NCBI GenBank assembly: GCA_965240325.2 | Contig: OZ251226.1 | Coordinates: 2,356,001 to 2,420,000, forward strand | DNA from: Rebecca billardiae RCC1528 | Taxonomy: Eukaryota; Protista; Haptophyta | Reading direction: 5' to 3' | DNA length: 64,000 nucleotides | Shown: piece by piece, positions 30,922 through 41,907 of the stretch | Position numbering within the stretch: the stretch's first letter is position 1 | How the letters are laid out: each line of letters starts with the position of its first letter | The notes under the pieces: generated by a model | Seen by the model: the letters and a program-made list of their open reading frames with translations, nothing else | Databases searched by the model: none | Told to the model about the DNA's origin: nothing | Translations under genes and position numbers: made by a program

Positions 30922-31422
30922 TGCAGCACCCTCCCCGTGTGGTGTCAGAGCGCGCTCTCGAGCGCGTGCCTCCGAGCGCGGGGCGGCCGCTTGCTGCAAT
31001 GGCCGCCTCGATGAGGTGCGGCAACGCGCCCCTCATCTGCCTGCGCCGGTCTGTTTTGTGGCGGTGTCTTTGTGCAGTGTTGGATGGCGTTAATCACGCC
31101 TTAACCAAGTGTGCACGTTAAATCATAGTAAACTGTAAGAATAAGAGACGCACACAGCTCAGGCAGGCGAGATCGACGCCCGCCAACTGTCACCGCCCAT
31201 GAAGCCGTCGCCGATGGCTGCGCCGCCTTAGTTTACTATACAGTTTACTAGTACTATGTTTTAACGTGCACACTAGACACCGCCACAAAACAGACCGGCG
31301 CAGGCAGATGAGGGGCGCGTTGCCGCACCTCATCGAGGCGGCCATTGCAGCAAGCGGCCGCCCCGCGCTCGGAGGCACGCGCTCGAGAGCGCGCTCTGAC
31401 ACCACACGGGGAGGGTGCTGCA
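30922..31422. repeat. Perfect 148-bp inverted repeat (30922-31069 / 31275-31422) formed by two tail-to-tail family A elements
   Basis: Base-by-base reverse complement. Inner ends GTGTGCACGTTAAA(T/A)CATAGTA also match. Confidence 0.93.
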
Positions 31423-32069
31423 CCTTATGGACGGTCGTACTGTATCCCAGCCACCTCGAGGGTGCAGCCGCGCCAAACACCTGCCTGCGCTGTGAGCGAC
31501 GCCGCGTCGACTGATCGAGCCCCAGCCGAAGGGAAGTAAGCTGTTACTGGAAGATGAAGGGTGGGCAGGTCCATATGCCCGGCGTAAAGTGCGCGCTGCT
31601 ATCAAAGCGCAGTTCCCTAATTGGAATCCAGACTCCAGAGTTGCTGATCGATAAACATTGGTTGATGATGATGATGATGCGGTGACAATGCTGACAATGT
31701 CAGACAGCAGGACGTCAGATATCGGCGGCTGTTCATGAGCCAGGGTGGCAGGGTAGTGAGGGTTGCGGCCCGTGCATCCGAAGCAACGTATAGTTCACTC
31801 TGGCCGATTATTTAGCGAGTGCTGACGCGCCGCAGACGGCGACGCAGTAACGCAGTTCACTCCGAGCGGACCGCAGTGCAGCTGGACTTCCGAGTCTAAG
31901 CATTATCACTGCCACTGGCCCCGTGCTGCGGATATAGCGGCGCCGACGAGTCATCTGACTTGAAGTAGTAGACACATTCCGTCGCGGTTGACGATGTACA
32001 AGTACTGAACACGACAGTGTCGCAGCAAATAAGAGAACACTAGAACAGAAGTGTAAAGTGACAGAATCA

Positions 32070-32993
32070 TCAGCCCACGGTCGAGGTCGCGACGGGCGTT
32101 GCGCCAATCTCGGCATCGATCCCATCGGCAGGTGGCCCGTCCTTGACGTCGGAGTGGGACAAGTGCTTGTGCACGTCAATGTGGTACATGGATGCCCCCG
32201 TGTCCTTGCTGATGTACTTGCCGCGCAGGCCACCAGGCTGGAACTTGCGCTCCGCGAACCAGAGCGGGTAACCGACGGCGACGATTGCACTGCCCACGAA
32301 AGGGATGACGATGAACAGCCACAGATCGGAGAGAGCCTGCGCACTGCCGAAGAGCGCGGGCCCAAGCGAGCGCGCGGGGTTGATGCCGCACCCCGTGACC
32401 GGCACGCCGATGAAATGCGCCACAGTCACGGCCATGCCGATGGCATACGGCGCAAAGCCGCTCGATTCGCGCCCCGGGTCGATCGTGGCGAACACAGTGA
32501 AGACCAGGAGCATGGTCGTGATGAGCTCGACCAGCACGGCGCCGAGGATGTTCTGCGAGCCATCGGCCCGCACCGGAATCGCGTTGGTGCCCTGCATCTC
32601 CTCCAGGTCAAAGACGGCCTGTAGTGTGGCGGAGGCGACGATCGAGCCAACGCACTGCGCGACGATGTAGAACCCGCCGCGCAGCGGTGGGATCTGCTTG
32701 GCGAAGACGAGAGAGAGCGTGACGGCTGGGTTGATGTGCGCGCCCGAGATGTGGCCCATACAATGCGCCAGCACGAAGATCGTCAGGCCAAACGCCAGGG
32801 GGATAGTCACTCCCGCACCAGCTGGGAACACGGCAAGCTGCCCGATGGCGCATCCGACCGCGATGAACACGAACCAGAATGTCGCGACGAACTCGGCGGT
32901 GACCCAGCGCCAGAAGTGGCGCGACGCGGGGCTCTCCGTGTCCACCGCCTGCTTTTTCAGCGTCGAGAGCGGTGCGGCGACGACCTGCGGCAT
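32070..32993 (-). CDS. Aquaporin (MIP family)
   Basis: AEFVATF, ISGAHINPAVT, GCGINPARSLGP and six TM helices. Start could extend to 33089. Confidence 0.95.
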   Translation of the reverse strand: MPQVVAAPLSTLKKQAVDTESPASRHFWRWVTAEFVATFWFVFIAVGCAIGQLAVFPAGAGVTIPLAFGLTIFVLAHCMGHISGAHINPAVTLSLVFAKQIPPLRGGFYIVAQCVGSIVASATLQAVFDLEEMQGTNAIPVRADGSQNILGAVLVELITTMLLVFTVFATIDPGRESSGFAPYAIGMAVTVAHFIGVPVTGCGINPARSLGPALFGSAQALSDLWLFIVIPFVGSAIVAVGYPLWFAERKFQPGGLRGKYISKDTGASMYHIDVHKHLSHSDVKDGPPADGIDAEIGATPVATSTVG

Positions 32994-33435
32994 CCCTCCG
33001 AAAGGCTTCGAAACAGCAAGCCACGCTCGGCGCGCTCGCTCGACAGTGTGGTGCAGGAATCTGCTTTTGATTCTTCTCTGCCTCGTCATCGAGAAAGATC
33101 ATCCTGGCAATCAGTAGTACCGTCTCGGTACGACGCCAAGTAGCGGATTGACTATTCGCGCCATTCATTATGATCAACTTTACCTGACTCATTCTATGAT
33201 TTTAGATAAAGCCATAGAGAGCTCATGAACAAGTATGCTCCGGTAGTCCAATAATCTCGCCTGCCTGAGCTGTGTGCGTCTCTTATTCTTAGTAAACTGT
33301 ATGTCGGTGACAATGATCAGAGCATCGATTACGAACGGTACCTGTAAAATCTCGGGGTAAATCAAAAGAACCGGCCGGGGGGTTCGAAGACCGAACACCG
33401 GACGTGGTCCACAGGACCAGCCAAACCTGCCAACG

Positions 33436-34006
33436 ATGGCGGAGGGAAAGAACGACGAGCAGCGCACACTGTTTGCGAAGGCCATGTTACCAAAGGAGGG
33501 CGAGAAATGGACGGACGTACGCGCGCGAGGCGCACGTTCGGCACCGTGTCATCACTCACGAGCGCGGATCCCGCCGTGCGCTGTCACCAACTCCGCGCGC
33601 AGGAGGAGATAGCGGATGTTGCTCATTGGCTACGCCAGGCTCTCGCGCTCGGGTGCGGCCTCACGTGGGGCTCGATGTCCGTACGAGGCCCGCTGGGAGT
33701 CCTCATGTTCACCGCGCTCAGCCTATCCGCCGTGTCATTCGTCCTCGGGATGCAGATTAAGGTGGACTCTGAAAGACTCGCAGAGGCTCTTTCATTTGAA
33801 ATGACACGCGATGGCTTCATGTCCTCCTTCGCACTGTTCCTGGTACGGGTTGCTCTGCGTGCCTCGTCCGACGCGTCGAGGCGCACACGCGTGCCAGCCG
33901 TACTCCGCCCGCGCCGTCCCCGCTCCTCACGCGCACGCGCACACCGCCAATCGGATCGTGCGCGCAGGTCTGCTGGATCGTGGCGTACACGGCCGTGCAG
34001 CCTTGA
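33436..34006 (+). CDS. RAB5IF: RAB5IF/OPTI (Rab5ip family) small membrane protein, 3 exons
   Basis: Exons 33436-33516, 33603-33842, 33968-34006 give KWTD-EEIADVAHWLRQ...WG...RG..G...DGFMSSFALFL-VCWIVAYT. Confidence 0.85.
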
Positions 34007-34887
34007 CAATTCTTGCGTCACCGGCACCATCAGGAGCTCCCAGCGGACGATTCAGACCCGTCAGTGGGCGTGGCGACACGACCGATGTGCCAAGGACGGG
34101 CGTTGAAGTCCGTGACCGGCAGGCGGCACACAAGATCCGGAGCCACCGCCATGACACTCACCTCCGCGCCCCACAGTGCTGAGCTGAAATGTGAACTCGG
34201 GCTCGGCCGCAGTGCGGCCTGCGGGCCATGCTCATGCTGGCGGCCCGCGCTGATTATCATGCCGCCATCAGTAGCCCAGTCGGAGTGAGTCGGACTACGA
34301 CTGCCTGATACTGCATCCAGACTTAGTCTGAGTAATACTGGCAGCTCGATGACTGACGGCGCCGTGGCCCGTGCCCGTGGCCCGCGCCGACCGCCGACAC
34401 GGTGCGGCGGCCCGGGGGCGGGGTGCGGCGGCTGTGACCCGCGCCCGCGGTGACGGGCGCCGACGCCGCGACGGCGCGGGCCGGCTGGGACTGCGTCTGC
34501 GGGGGCTGGGCCTGGGGCCCGGGACGGCGGGCCGGGCCCGGGACCGGCTGTCCGGCACCGGTGACCGGGTGCCGCGGAGTGGCGGTGCGGCCCGCGCGCC
34601 GGATGCCTCATCAGTCATCAGACATACTACTGCTTAGTACTTACTAGTGTCTAGACTCTAGTTGATCTGCATATCAGTTATCACTCATGCCTCATGGCTG
34701 ATGAGTGATGACTCATGGCATGAGATTAATCATGAGTGATATGAGGCACTAGCTGATCGTCTGATCACTGATGGCGGTACTGATGATCGCGATCATCGGC
34801 GCGCCGGGCAGGGCATCTGGGTGACAAGTATATGGAGCCACCTTACGAGCCGTCGGCAGCTCGGCATCCTCGGCGGCGCGCGTTGTG

Positions 34888-36939
34888 TCAAGCCCCCATC
34901 GTGGCGTCCTCGTCCACAAACGAGAGCCCGCGCTGCTCGTCGCGCAGGGCGGCGAAGAGCGCGCGGCCGATGCGCGCCTGGCTCGAGATGTACCACGCGA
35001 CCTCGCCGGCCGCGGGCTGGCCGTCAGGCGCGGCGGGCCCCGCGCCATCACCTCCCGGCGCGTCCGCGGCGCCGCCGCCACGACCGACCCGCCCGTCCTC
35101 CTCCACCATCTCGGTCAGCCGGCGCGCGGACAGGTTGAGGAGCGCGCGCCCGTCCGTGCCGGGCGGCAGCACGACCTGCGAGAAGCGGCCGCCGTGCGCG
35201 TTGGCGATCCACGCGCGCACGTGCTCGGCCGTCCACTTGTGCACGGGGAGCCGCTCGTACGCGAACTCGTCGTCGGCCTCGCCACCGCGTCGCCGCCGGC
35301 GCATCGGCACGTCGAGCACGACCGCGTGCGCAGGCGGCGCGACCACATCCTCGCGCGCGCCGTCCGTCTTGTCCGCCGCGCCGGCTGATCGCTTGACGCC
35401 GCCTGCGCGGCCGCCCGGCGGCAGCGGCTGCGCCGCCTCGTCGAGGCCGAGGTGCGGGGCCATCATCGTGGTGTAGTCGAGCGTGTTCAGCGTGTGCAGC
35501 ACGTCCGCCGAGCCCGGCGCCACCGCGGCGATGATCGCGGTCCGGTGCTGCGGGTCCACGAAGCACTGCTGAAGCACGCGAGTGAGCGCGGACGCGCGGA
35601 ACGGGACGCGCACGCCCGCGCCGCCGGAGCCGGCGGGGCCGGCGTCGGCGGGTTCGGCGTCGGCGACGTTGGCCGCGGGCGCGCCGAGCTCGTTGAGCGC
35701 GCGCGGCGCGCCGCGCTCGCGCGCGAGTGCGTGCGCGCGCGCCGCCTGGCGGAAGCACTCCTTGAGGCTGAACAGCGCGTGGTTGATGGCGGCCGACTCG
35801 CGGTGGTCTGCAGCCGTCATCTGGTGCGTCTCGTAGTTGCGCTCCGAGCCGGCGAGGTCGACGAGGCGGAGCGTGCGCCCGGTGGGCGCGAGCTCGAGCA
35901 CGCACACCGCGTGCGAGCGCGACGAGAGCGCGTTGCGCTCCGTCGCCGCCGTCTTGCGCAGCGCGAGACCGTCGGCGAGGGCGCCCAGCAGCTCCTCGCG
36001 CGAGCGCGCGTCGCGCCGCGTCGCGCCGCGCGCGTGCGTGATCCCAGCGCCGTCCGAGCAGAGGCGCACGGGCGCGCGGGCGTTGAGGAGGTCGTACGCC
36101 CCGCCGCCCGCGCGCTCGCGCCCGCTCACCTCGAAGAAGGTGACGCGCACGCCCGTCGGCCGCTGCGCGCGCCCGCCCCGGTCGCACGCGTCGTCGGCGC
36201 CGTCAGCGCCAGTGTCGGGCAGCTGCTGTGCGATGGAGCGGAGCAAGCCCATGAGCGTGTGCGTCTTGCCCGCGCCGGTCTGGCCGTAGAGCAGCAGCGT
36301 CGCGTCGCCCACTCCCGCCATCGCACGCTCGAGCAGCGGCCTCGCCGCCAGATCGAACACGGCCGACTCCGGCGCGTGCGGCGGCCAAACGCCGTCGGCC
36401 GCGTAAAACTTGTGCGTCATCGTCAGCCGCGTGCCCGAGCGGGCGAGGCGGCCGTCGTGCACGACGAGCGCGCGGGACATGCGATCTCCCATGTCAAGCG
36501 CGGCGTACTCCCCCGCCTTCGCCTCGTGCGGCAGCAGCGGGCGCACGCGCACGAAGACGCGAAAGGGCGCGAGCGCGTGCTCCTTGGCGTGCGCGCGCAG
36601 CGCGCCGACGCGCGTGTGCTCGCGGGCGACGATGGTGGGCACGAGGGCGCCCTGGCCGGGCATAGCCTCGTCAACGATCATCGCGAGCAGGTCCGCGGAC
36701 AGCTTCGGCAGCATGCCCGGCGCCGGGAGCTGCTGGCCGCGCACGAGCGCGCGCACGACGTAAAAGTCCGCCTGCGCATCGAGGATGGCCGGCCGGTAGA
36801 TCTGCGTGGCCTCGCGCACGGAGAAATGCTGCCGCGCGTCGATGTTGGCACCCCGCCATGCTGCTTCCTGCGCGGCACGCGCCTCCGCGTTCCGCGGCGC
36901 GTCCTCGCCGAGCTCAAAGTCCACCTCGTCGCGCTGCAT
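34888..36939 (-). CDS. Kinesin motor protein (kinesin-13-like) with C-terminal SAM-like domain, copy 1
   Basis: VFVRVRPL, YGQTGAGKT, NALSSRSHA, LVDLAGSER, VPFRASALTRVL. C-terminal WTAEHVRAWI...DGRALLNLS. Confidence 0.88.
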   Translation of the reverse strand: MQRDEVDFELGEDAPRNAEARAAQEAAWRGANIDARQHFSVREATQIYRPAILDAQADFYVVRALVRGQQLPAPGMLPKLSADLLAMIVDEAMPGQGALVPTIVAREHTRVGALRAHAKEHALAPFRVFVRVRPLLPHEAKAGEYAALDMGDRMSRALVVHDGRLARSGTRLTMTHKFYAADGVWPPHAPESAVFDLAARPLLERAMAGVGDATLLLYGQTGAGKTHTLMGLLRSIAQQLPDTGADGADDACDRGGRAQRPTGVRVTFFEVSGRERAGGGAYDLLNARAPVRLCSDGAGITHARGATRRDARSREELLGALADGLALRKTAATERNALSSRSHAVCVLELAPTGRTLRLVDLAGSERNYETHQMTAADHRESAAINHALFSLKECFRQAARAHALARERGAPRALNELGAPAANVADAEPADAGPAGSGGAGVRVPFRASALTRVLQQCFVDPQHRTAIIAAVAPGSADVLHTLNTLDYTTMMAPHLGLDEAAQPLPPGGRAGGVKRSAGAADKTDGAREDVVAPPAHAVVLDVPMRRRRRGGEADDEFAYERLPVHKWTAEHVRAWIANAHGGRFSQVVLPPGTDGRALLNLSARRLTEMVEEDGRVGRGGGAADAPGGDGAGPAAPDGQPAAGEVAWYISSQARIGRALFAALRDEQRGLSFVDEDATMGA

Positions 36940-38149
36940 CGCGTGCACCCACGCCCACCTTGAACGAATGAACGCAGCTTCAAACCGCCCTGTCCAGCGC
37001 GACAATTCCCTGGCGCCGGGACCGCGAAATGGCGGCCGACGCCCGAAAGGCGGGCCGAAACGCTCTTTTCGCCGGGGTCCGGGCGCACGCCGACACTTTC
37101 CGCAGAACTACTTTATTCCGCCAAGTGTTCTCGCCGCTCACTGACCTAGTAGTAGTACTCACTCCAGTCATGCACCAGTTGTGTCTGTTGATCACAGATC
37201 AGTCTGTGACTGAGTACTCACTGACCACTCCAATGACTCCATCTCCATAGGGCTGACCGCTGAGTCTTATAGGACACTGATAGTCTGTCTGACTGCTACG
37301 GAGTACGGTAATCACCGGAGTCGGTCACTCCGCGCCGGCGTCGTCCGCGTAAGAGCGCGTTGGCCGTAGCGGTATCGCTGGCGGCCGACGCATCCGAGCC
37401 TGAATATGCCAGTCAGTCAGGCTTTCGGTGGGCGCTTGCTCGGCCGCTCGGTCCCGGCGCAAACGACAGCCACTGGCACTGACTCTGAGCCCAACTCCCA
37501 ACTCCCATCGGTGCCGGGTGCGGCCGTGCGGCCGCTGCTTGTCACTACTGTCTACTCACCAGACAGCAGACTCCAGACAGAGAGTCGGTCCAGAGTCCAG
37601 ACGCCAGCTGGCTATGAATAGCGGCAATGCTGCCGACCGCGGAGGCAGGCCTTTAGATTTTTTTCGACATAGTCTTTAGCAGAAGCCTAGCTTAGCTGCG
37701 GAAGCTAGCAGCGGGCCTCGGAAGCTGGCAGCAGAGCTGCCCCGTCAGCCTGTGGCCGTCATTACGGATTACCGTCATAGCCGTGCGGGCCGCGGCGAAT
37801 ACGGAAAAATCGGGCCGGCCTCAATGACAATGGGCCGTGACGGACGACGCAGACCGATGACGGCGACGCCACCGACGGTCCCGGTGCCCGGGACGCGGGA
37901 CTTTCGGACTTCGGTGCGTCGCCGCCGCTGCTGTCGGCTGTGCGGACTGACTCAGACTGTCCTAGTACTCCTAGTGCGGTGTGCCAGTGTCTAACTCTAA
38001 AACACGACGCTGTCAGTGTCACTGATCTGTATGTAAGTGACTTACACTAAGCAGACAGCGCATCAGTGACTCATTTTCAGTGCAGACTCAGTAAGTCACT
38101 CCGGATCTAGCTCGGACGATGACTCAGTCAGTCATGAAGCCTCTGACCA

Positions 38150-40455
38150 TCATCGATCATGATGCGTGGACGTGGTCGTTGGCGACTGCTGGCGGCCTCG
38201 AGCAGCAATCAGCGCCCGTGCCTCCGCCTCCGCAGCCAGGGTCACCCGCGCCTCAGCCTCACCCGCTGCAGCCTGCGCCGCCCGTGCCTGCTCGCCCTCG
38301 CAGTTGCGCACCATGTCACGGCCCAGCGGCGGCGGCGGCGGCTGCATTGGCGGCACGGGCGGTGAGTGCGACGGCGCCAAATAGTGCGAGCGCAGCGAGG
38401 CAGGGTCCGCGTAGAAGGCGGCGCACGGCGAGGTCAAGGCGTCGCGGTCACACCCGCCGCCCGCGCCTGCGTGCCCTGCCTTGCCCATCGCGCGCGCGAA
38501 CTCGCGATACTCGATCTTCCCATCGCGGTTGGTGTCGAGCTCCTGGAAGAGCGCCGCGAGCTCGGACGGGCGCTCGATGCGCGCCGCGGGCTCGGGCGCG
38601 GCGGCGGCGTCGGCTCTGCCGCGCTCCGCCGAGTTGTACACTGGACTGTGCGCGAGGTGGTAGGGCACGTGGCCCCGGCCGTGGCCTGACGGCGGCGGCG
38701 GCGAGTGCGGCTGGCCGTACGAGGCGCCCATCCCCGGCGCCGCCGGGTGCGCGTGCGGCGGAGCGCTACCCGCGCTCGCCGCGTGGTGTCGAGGCTCGGG
38801 CGCCGCGTGCGCGAACTCGCCGGCTGCCATCGGCGCGTGCGGCTGCTCGTACTGGCAGCGATAGGAGTGCTGCAGCGGCTGATGCGAGGGGCGCGCGGCT
38901 GCGGCGCCGGGCGGCGTGCCCGCGTGCGCAGGCTGCGGCGGGTGATGGTGCGCGCCCGGGTGATGGCGCGCGCCACCGCCCACCGCATCGTACGCGGCGT
39001 GCACCGGAGGGCCGCCGCCCTGCTCCGTCCCGTACCCCACCGCGGCATCGCGCGGGAGCTCCGCCCACGACGGCAGCTGGCCCACCGCCGAACCGTACCG
39101 GCTGGGGCCGTCGGGCGGAGCGCCGCCGGCGTACATCTCGGCGGTGTGGTGCAGCGCCCGCCACGTGTCCACGAGCGCGAGCTCGCCGTCGGAGAGGAGC
39201 AGGCTGGGCAGCGTGCTCCGCTTCGGCCCCGTGTGCGGGCTCTTGCCCCTCTCCACCTTGCTCCACGCGGTGCTCGCGGCTGACGACCACGCGTGCGCCT
39301 GGGAGCTGTCGCGCTCGCGCGGCGGTGACGGCGCCGGCCGCGGGCCGTCCGCGGCGGAGAGCTCGCCACGCCGCAGCATGTTGATCTCGCGGAACTCTGC
39401 GGTGCTCAGCGCCACGTTGTGCACACGCGGCGCGCGCGTGCGCACCGGGTTCCTCGGGTCAGTGCGGCCGAGCGTGCGCTGAGCGGCGGCCATGCCGCTC
39501 GCACGCGGCGTGAGCACATCAGGGACCGTGTACGATGGCAGGGCGGCCGGTCCGGCAGCGCTGCCTGCTGGCAGGCGCGACGGATCCGGCGGAAGCTGCG
39601 GCGGGCTCGACGCCGCGCCGCGCCTGGGCGGTGGCGGCGGCGGCGGCGAGCGCGCGCTGCGTGCCGCCGGCGCCGGAGCCGCGTGCGCTGCCGCTCGGCC
39701 GCCGCCGCCACCGTCGCAACGTGGCGGAGGGCCGAGCCCCAGCTGGCCTGACCCCACCGCCGCGCCGCCGTGCGCGGCCGCCGTGGGCTGCCACGCGGGC
39801 GCTGGGGGCGCGGACTGGCGCGGGCTCAGCTGTCGCAGCATGTGCTCCCGCGGCGGCGAAAACTCGGCGACGCCCGGGTGCGGTCTCCCGCTGCTCGGTG
39901 GCGGCGGCGACTGCGGCCGGCTCGCGCGCGCAGGCGGTGCCGCCGGCATCAGCGGCGGCGCGTGTGGCTGCTCGTCCGAAGGGGGCCACGTCCTCGGGGG
40001 CGATGGAGGCGCTGGGCGCTGTGCCCACGACGCCCCCTCGGTGCTGGCACCCACACTCTCTGGCGGCATCGCGGACAAGTGCTGATGGCCGTGCGCGCCT
40101 GCCTCCCATGCTCGGAGCCGCCACTGCGCGCGAGGCGAAGGTGCGGCGGGTGGGAGGAGGGGATGCGCCAGTGGGATTGCAGTGGTCAGTGGCAACCGCG
40201 CCAGGCACATCGCGTGGCCGGGAGGTTGGCATGTCGCCGGCACGCCTTTGCGCGCACCTCGGACGATTCGACGTCGATGAGTCTGCGCTCCATCTCCTGG
40301 AGCCGATGCTGCCACTGCGCGAGCGACAGCTCAAGCTCGGAGAGCCGCAGGGCTTCCAGCGCATTCTGCCGACGCTCCTCCGCGGCGGACACCCTCGCCT
40401 CAGATGCCATCGGAGACGCGGCTTCGTATTCGCGATAGTAGCCGGCCGACTCCAT
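38150..40455 (-). CDS. Pro/His-rich protein with N-terminal coiled coil and one EF-hand, copy 1
   Basis: Exon 1 MESAG...LQEMERRLIDVESSE. Intron 40124-40257 joins in frame. EF-hand LFQELDTNRDGKIEYREF. Confidence 0.65.
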
Positions 40456-40645
40456 CGCCCAGCACGATTTGAAATGCCGCCCGGAGTTCATCCGTCCGAG
40501 TTCCATAAAATGGTCTCGGCAGATTTTTTTCGGAGAAAACTCCGTTTATTACACATTTGATGGTCCTTTGTTTACACGCCGCCTCGGTAGGCTGTCCGAC
40601 TCTACACTGCCCCCGTAGCCAGCGGAGGGGGGCCGGACAGGCTAC

Positions 40646-41080
40646 CGCCTCGGAGGTGCGGCAACGCCCCTCCCGGCCTGCCTGCGCCGGTCTGTCTTGT
40701 GGCGGTGTCTTTGTGCAGTGTTGGATGGCGTCAATGGGACCACCCCACAGTGAGTTGGGCTTGTATGCTGTTGGCAATGGCATACCCCCCCCCCCCCCCC
40801 CCCCCCCCCCCCTGGAGGCGAGCTGTCCACAGTGGAGTGGTGTCAAGGCACTACAGTAGCCGCACTAGGTGTCTCGGTCAGTGTTTTGAGGTTGGGTGTC
40901 GAGCGGGAGTGGTGCCGGTTCATTCAGGTTGTGGGCTGGCCAGGGACAGGGTAGGGCTGGAGGCTTCGGCCGCCAGTCTGATCACCCGGAGCCCGTTATA
41001 TAAAGCAGGGGAATTTATTATTAATCACGCCTTAACCGTAACGATCAAGTGTAACGCACCTTAAAACATAGTAAACTGTA
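40646..41080 (+). mobile_element. Longer family A element with internal poly(C)28 and TATATAAA
   Basis: Matches 31003-31091 at its 5' part and 31091-31137 at its end, with about 290 extra bp between. Confidence 0.65.
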
Positions 41081-41111
41081 TGACTGTATCGAATTGTCGG
41101 CGAAACATATT

Positions 41112-41867
41112 TCATTGCAGGCTGAAAAGTGCCACGCTCACACGTCGCTCGACGTCCTCGTCCATGGACACCGCGTGGCCGCGGAAAACACGGTCCTGAT
41201 GACGCTCCTCGAAGGGCAAGCCGAGCGTCTTGAGCTCCTCGACGAGCGTACGCCGGGCGATGTTGACAGAGTCCACGACAAGCACCTGAATGTTGCGCTC
41301 GTGTGCCTCTGCACACCTGCGGGCGAGCGCGCGGGCCACCTGCTCATTGTAGCACACGTCGGCGGCGAGGAGGCAGTCGACGGCCGGGAGCTCCTCCGCG
41401 CCGCACAGGTCGAAGACGGCCGTCTCAACGGCGTCAAGCCCTTGCGCTTGCGCAGCTCTGTCGACGAGCTCCAGTGGCGCAGGGTTGTTGTCGGTCGCAA
41501 TCACCCGGCTGGCCCCACGTGCTGCGGCAGTCAGCGAGACCAGCCCTGTGCCACACCCGACTTCCATGAAGGTGCGATCGGCGCAGGGAAGCGCCGGCTG
41601 CCCCAGCTCGTCCGCGATCACGGTCGCTGCCGGCCACAGCACCAGGCCAAACGGGTCGAGCACATCGTCGTTCAGACTCCACGCAGACACGAGGTCGGAC
41701 GTCCTCTGCACTTCGATGACATACGGCTGCGCCTCACCGGCGTGGTGCGTGCGCACGGCTCGGCCGCCGAGCACCGAGGCACCGCCGCTGGCTCTCGGGC
41801 CGGACCCTCGAGGTTGGATAGCTGTACCGTGGGCGAGAGCCACCAGCAGAATCATGGACGACGCCAT
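41112..41867 (-). CDS. SAM-dependent protein methyltransferase (family 16 / METTL21-23-like), copy 1
   Basis: DPFGLVLWPAA, MEVGCGTGLVSL, IATDNN, LLAADVCY. Start at 41867 or 41909. Confidence 0.85.
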   Translation of the reverse strand: MASSMILLVALAHGTAIQPRGSGPRASGGASVLGGRAVRTHHAGEAQPYVIEVQRTSDLVSAWSLNDDVLDPFGLVLWPAATVIADELGQPALPCADRTFMEVGCGTGLVSLTAAARGASRVIATDNNPAPLELVDRAAQAQGLDAVETAVFDLCGAEELPAVDCLLAADVCYNEQVARALARRCAEAHERNIQVLVVDSVNIARRTLVEELKTLGLPFEERHQDRVFRGHAVSMDEDVERRVSVALFSLQ

Positions 41868-41907
41868 CGTGCCAAAGAAAATTATTATCACGATTCGGAG
41901 AGGAATC

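Noticed and set aside
31137-31169. 33-bp repeat module as a CRISPR repeat
   Set aside because: The copies are dispersed rather than arrayed with spacers, the context is eukaryotic, and there are no cas genes.
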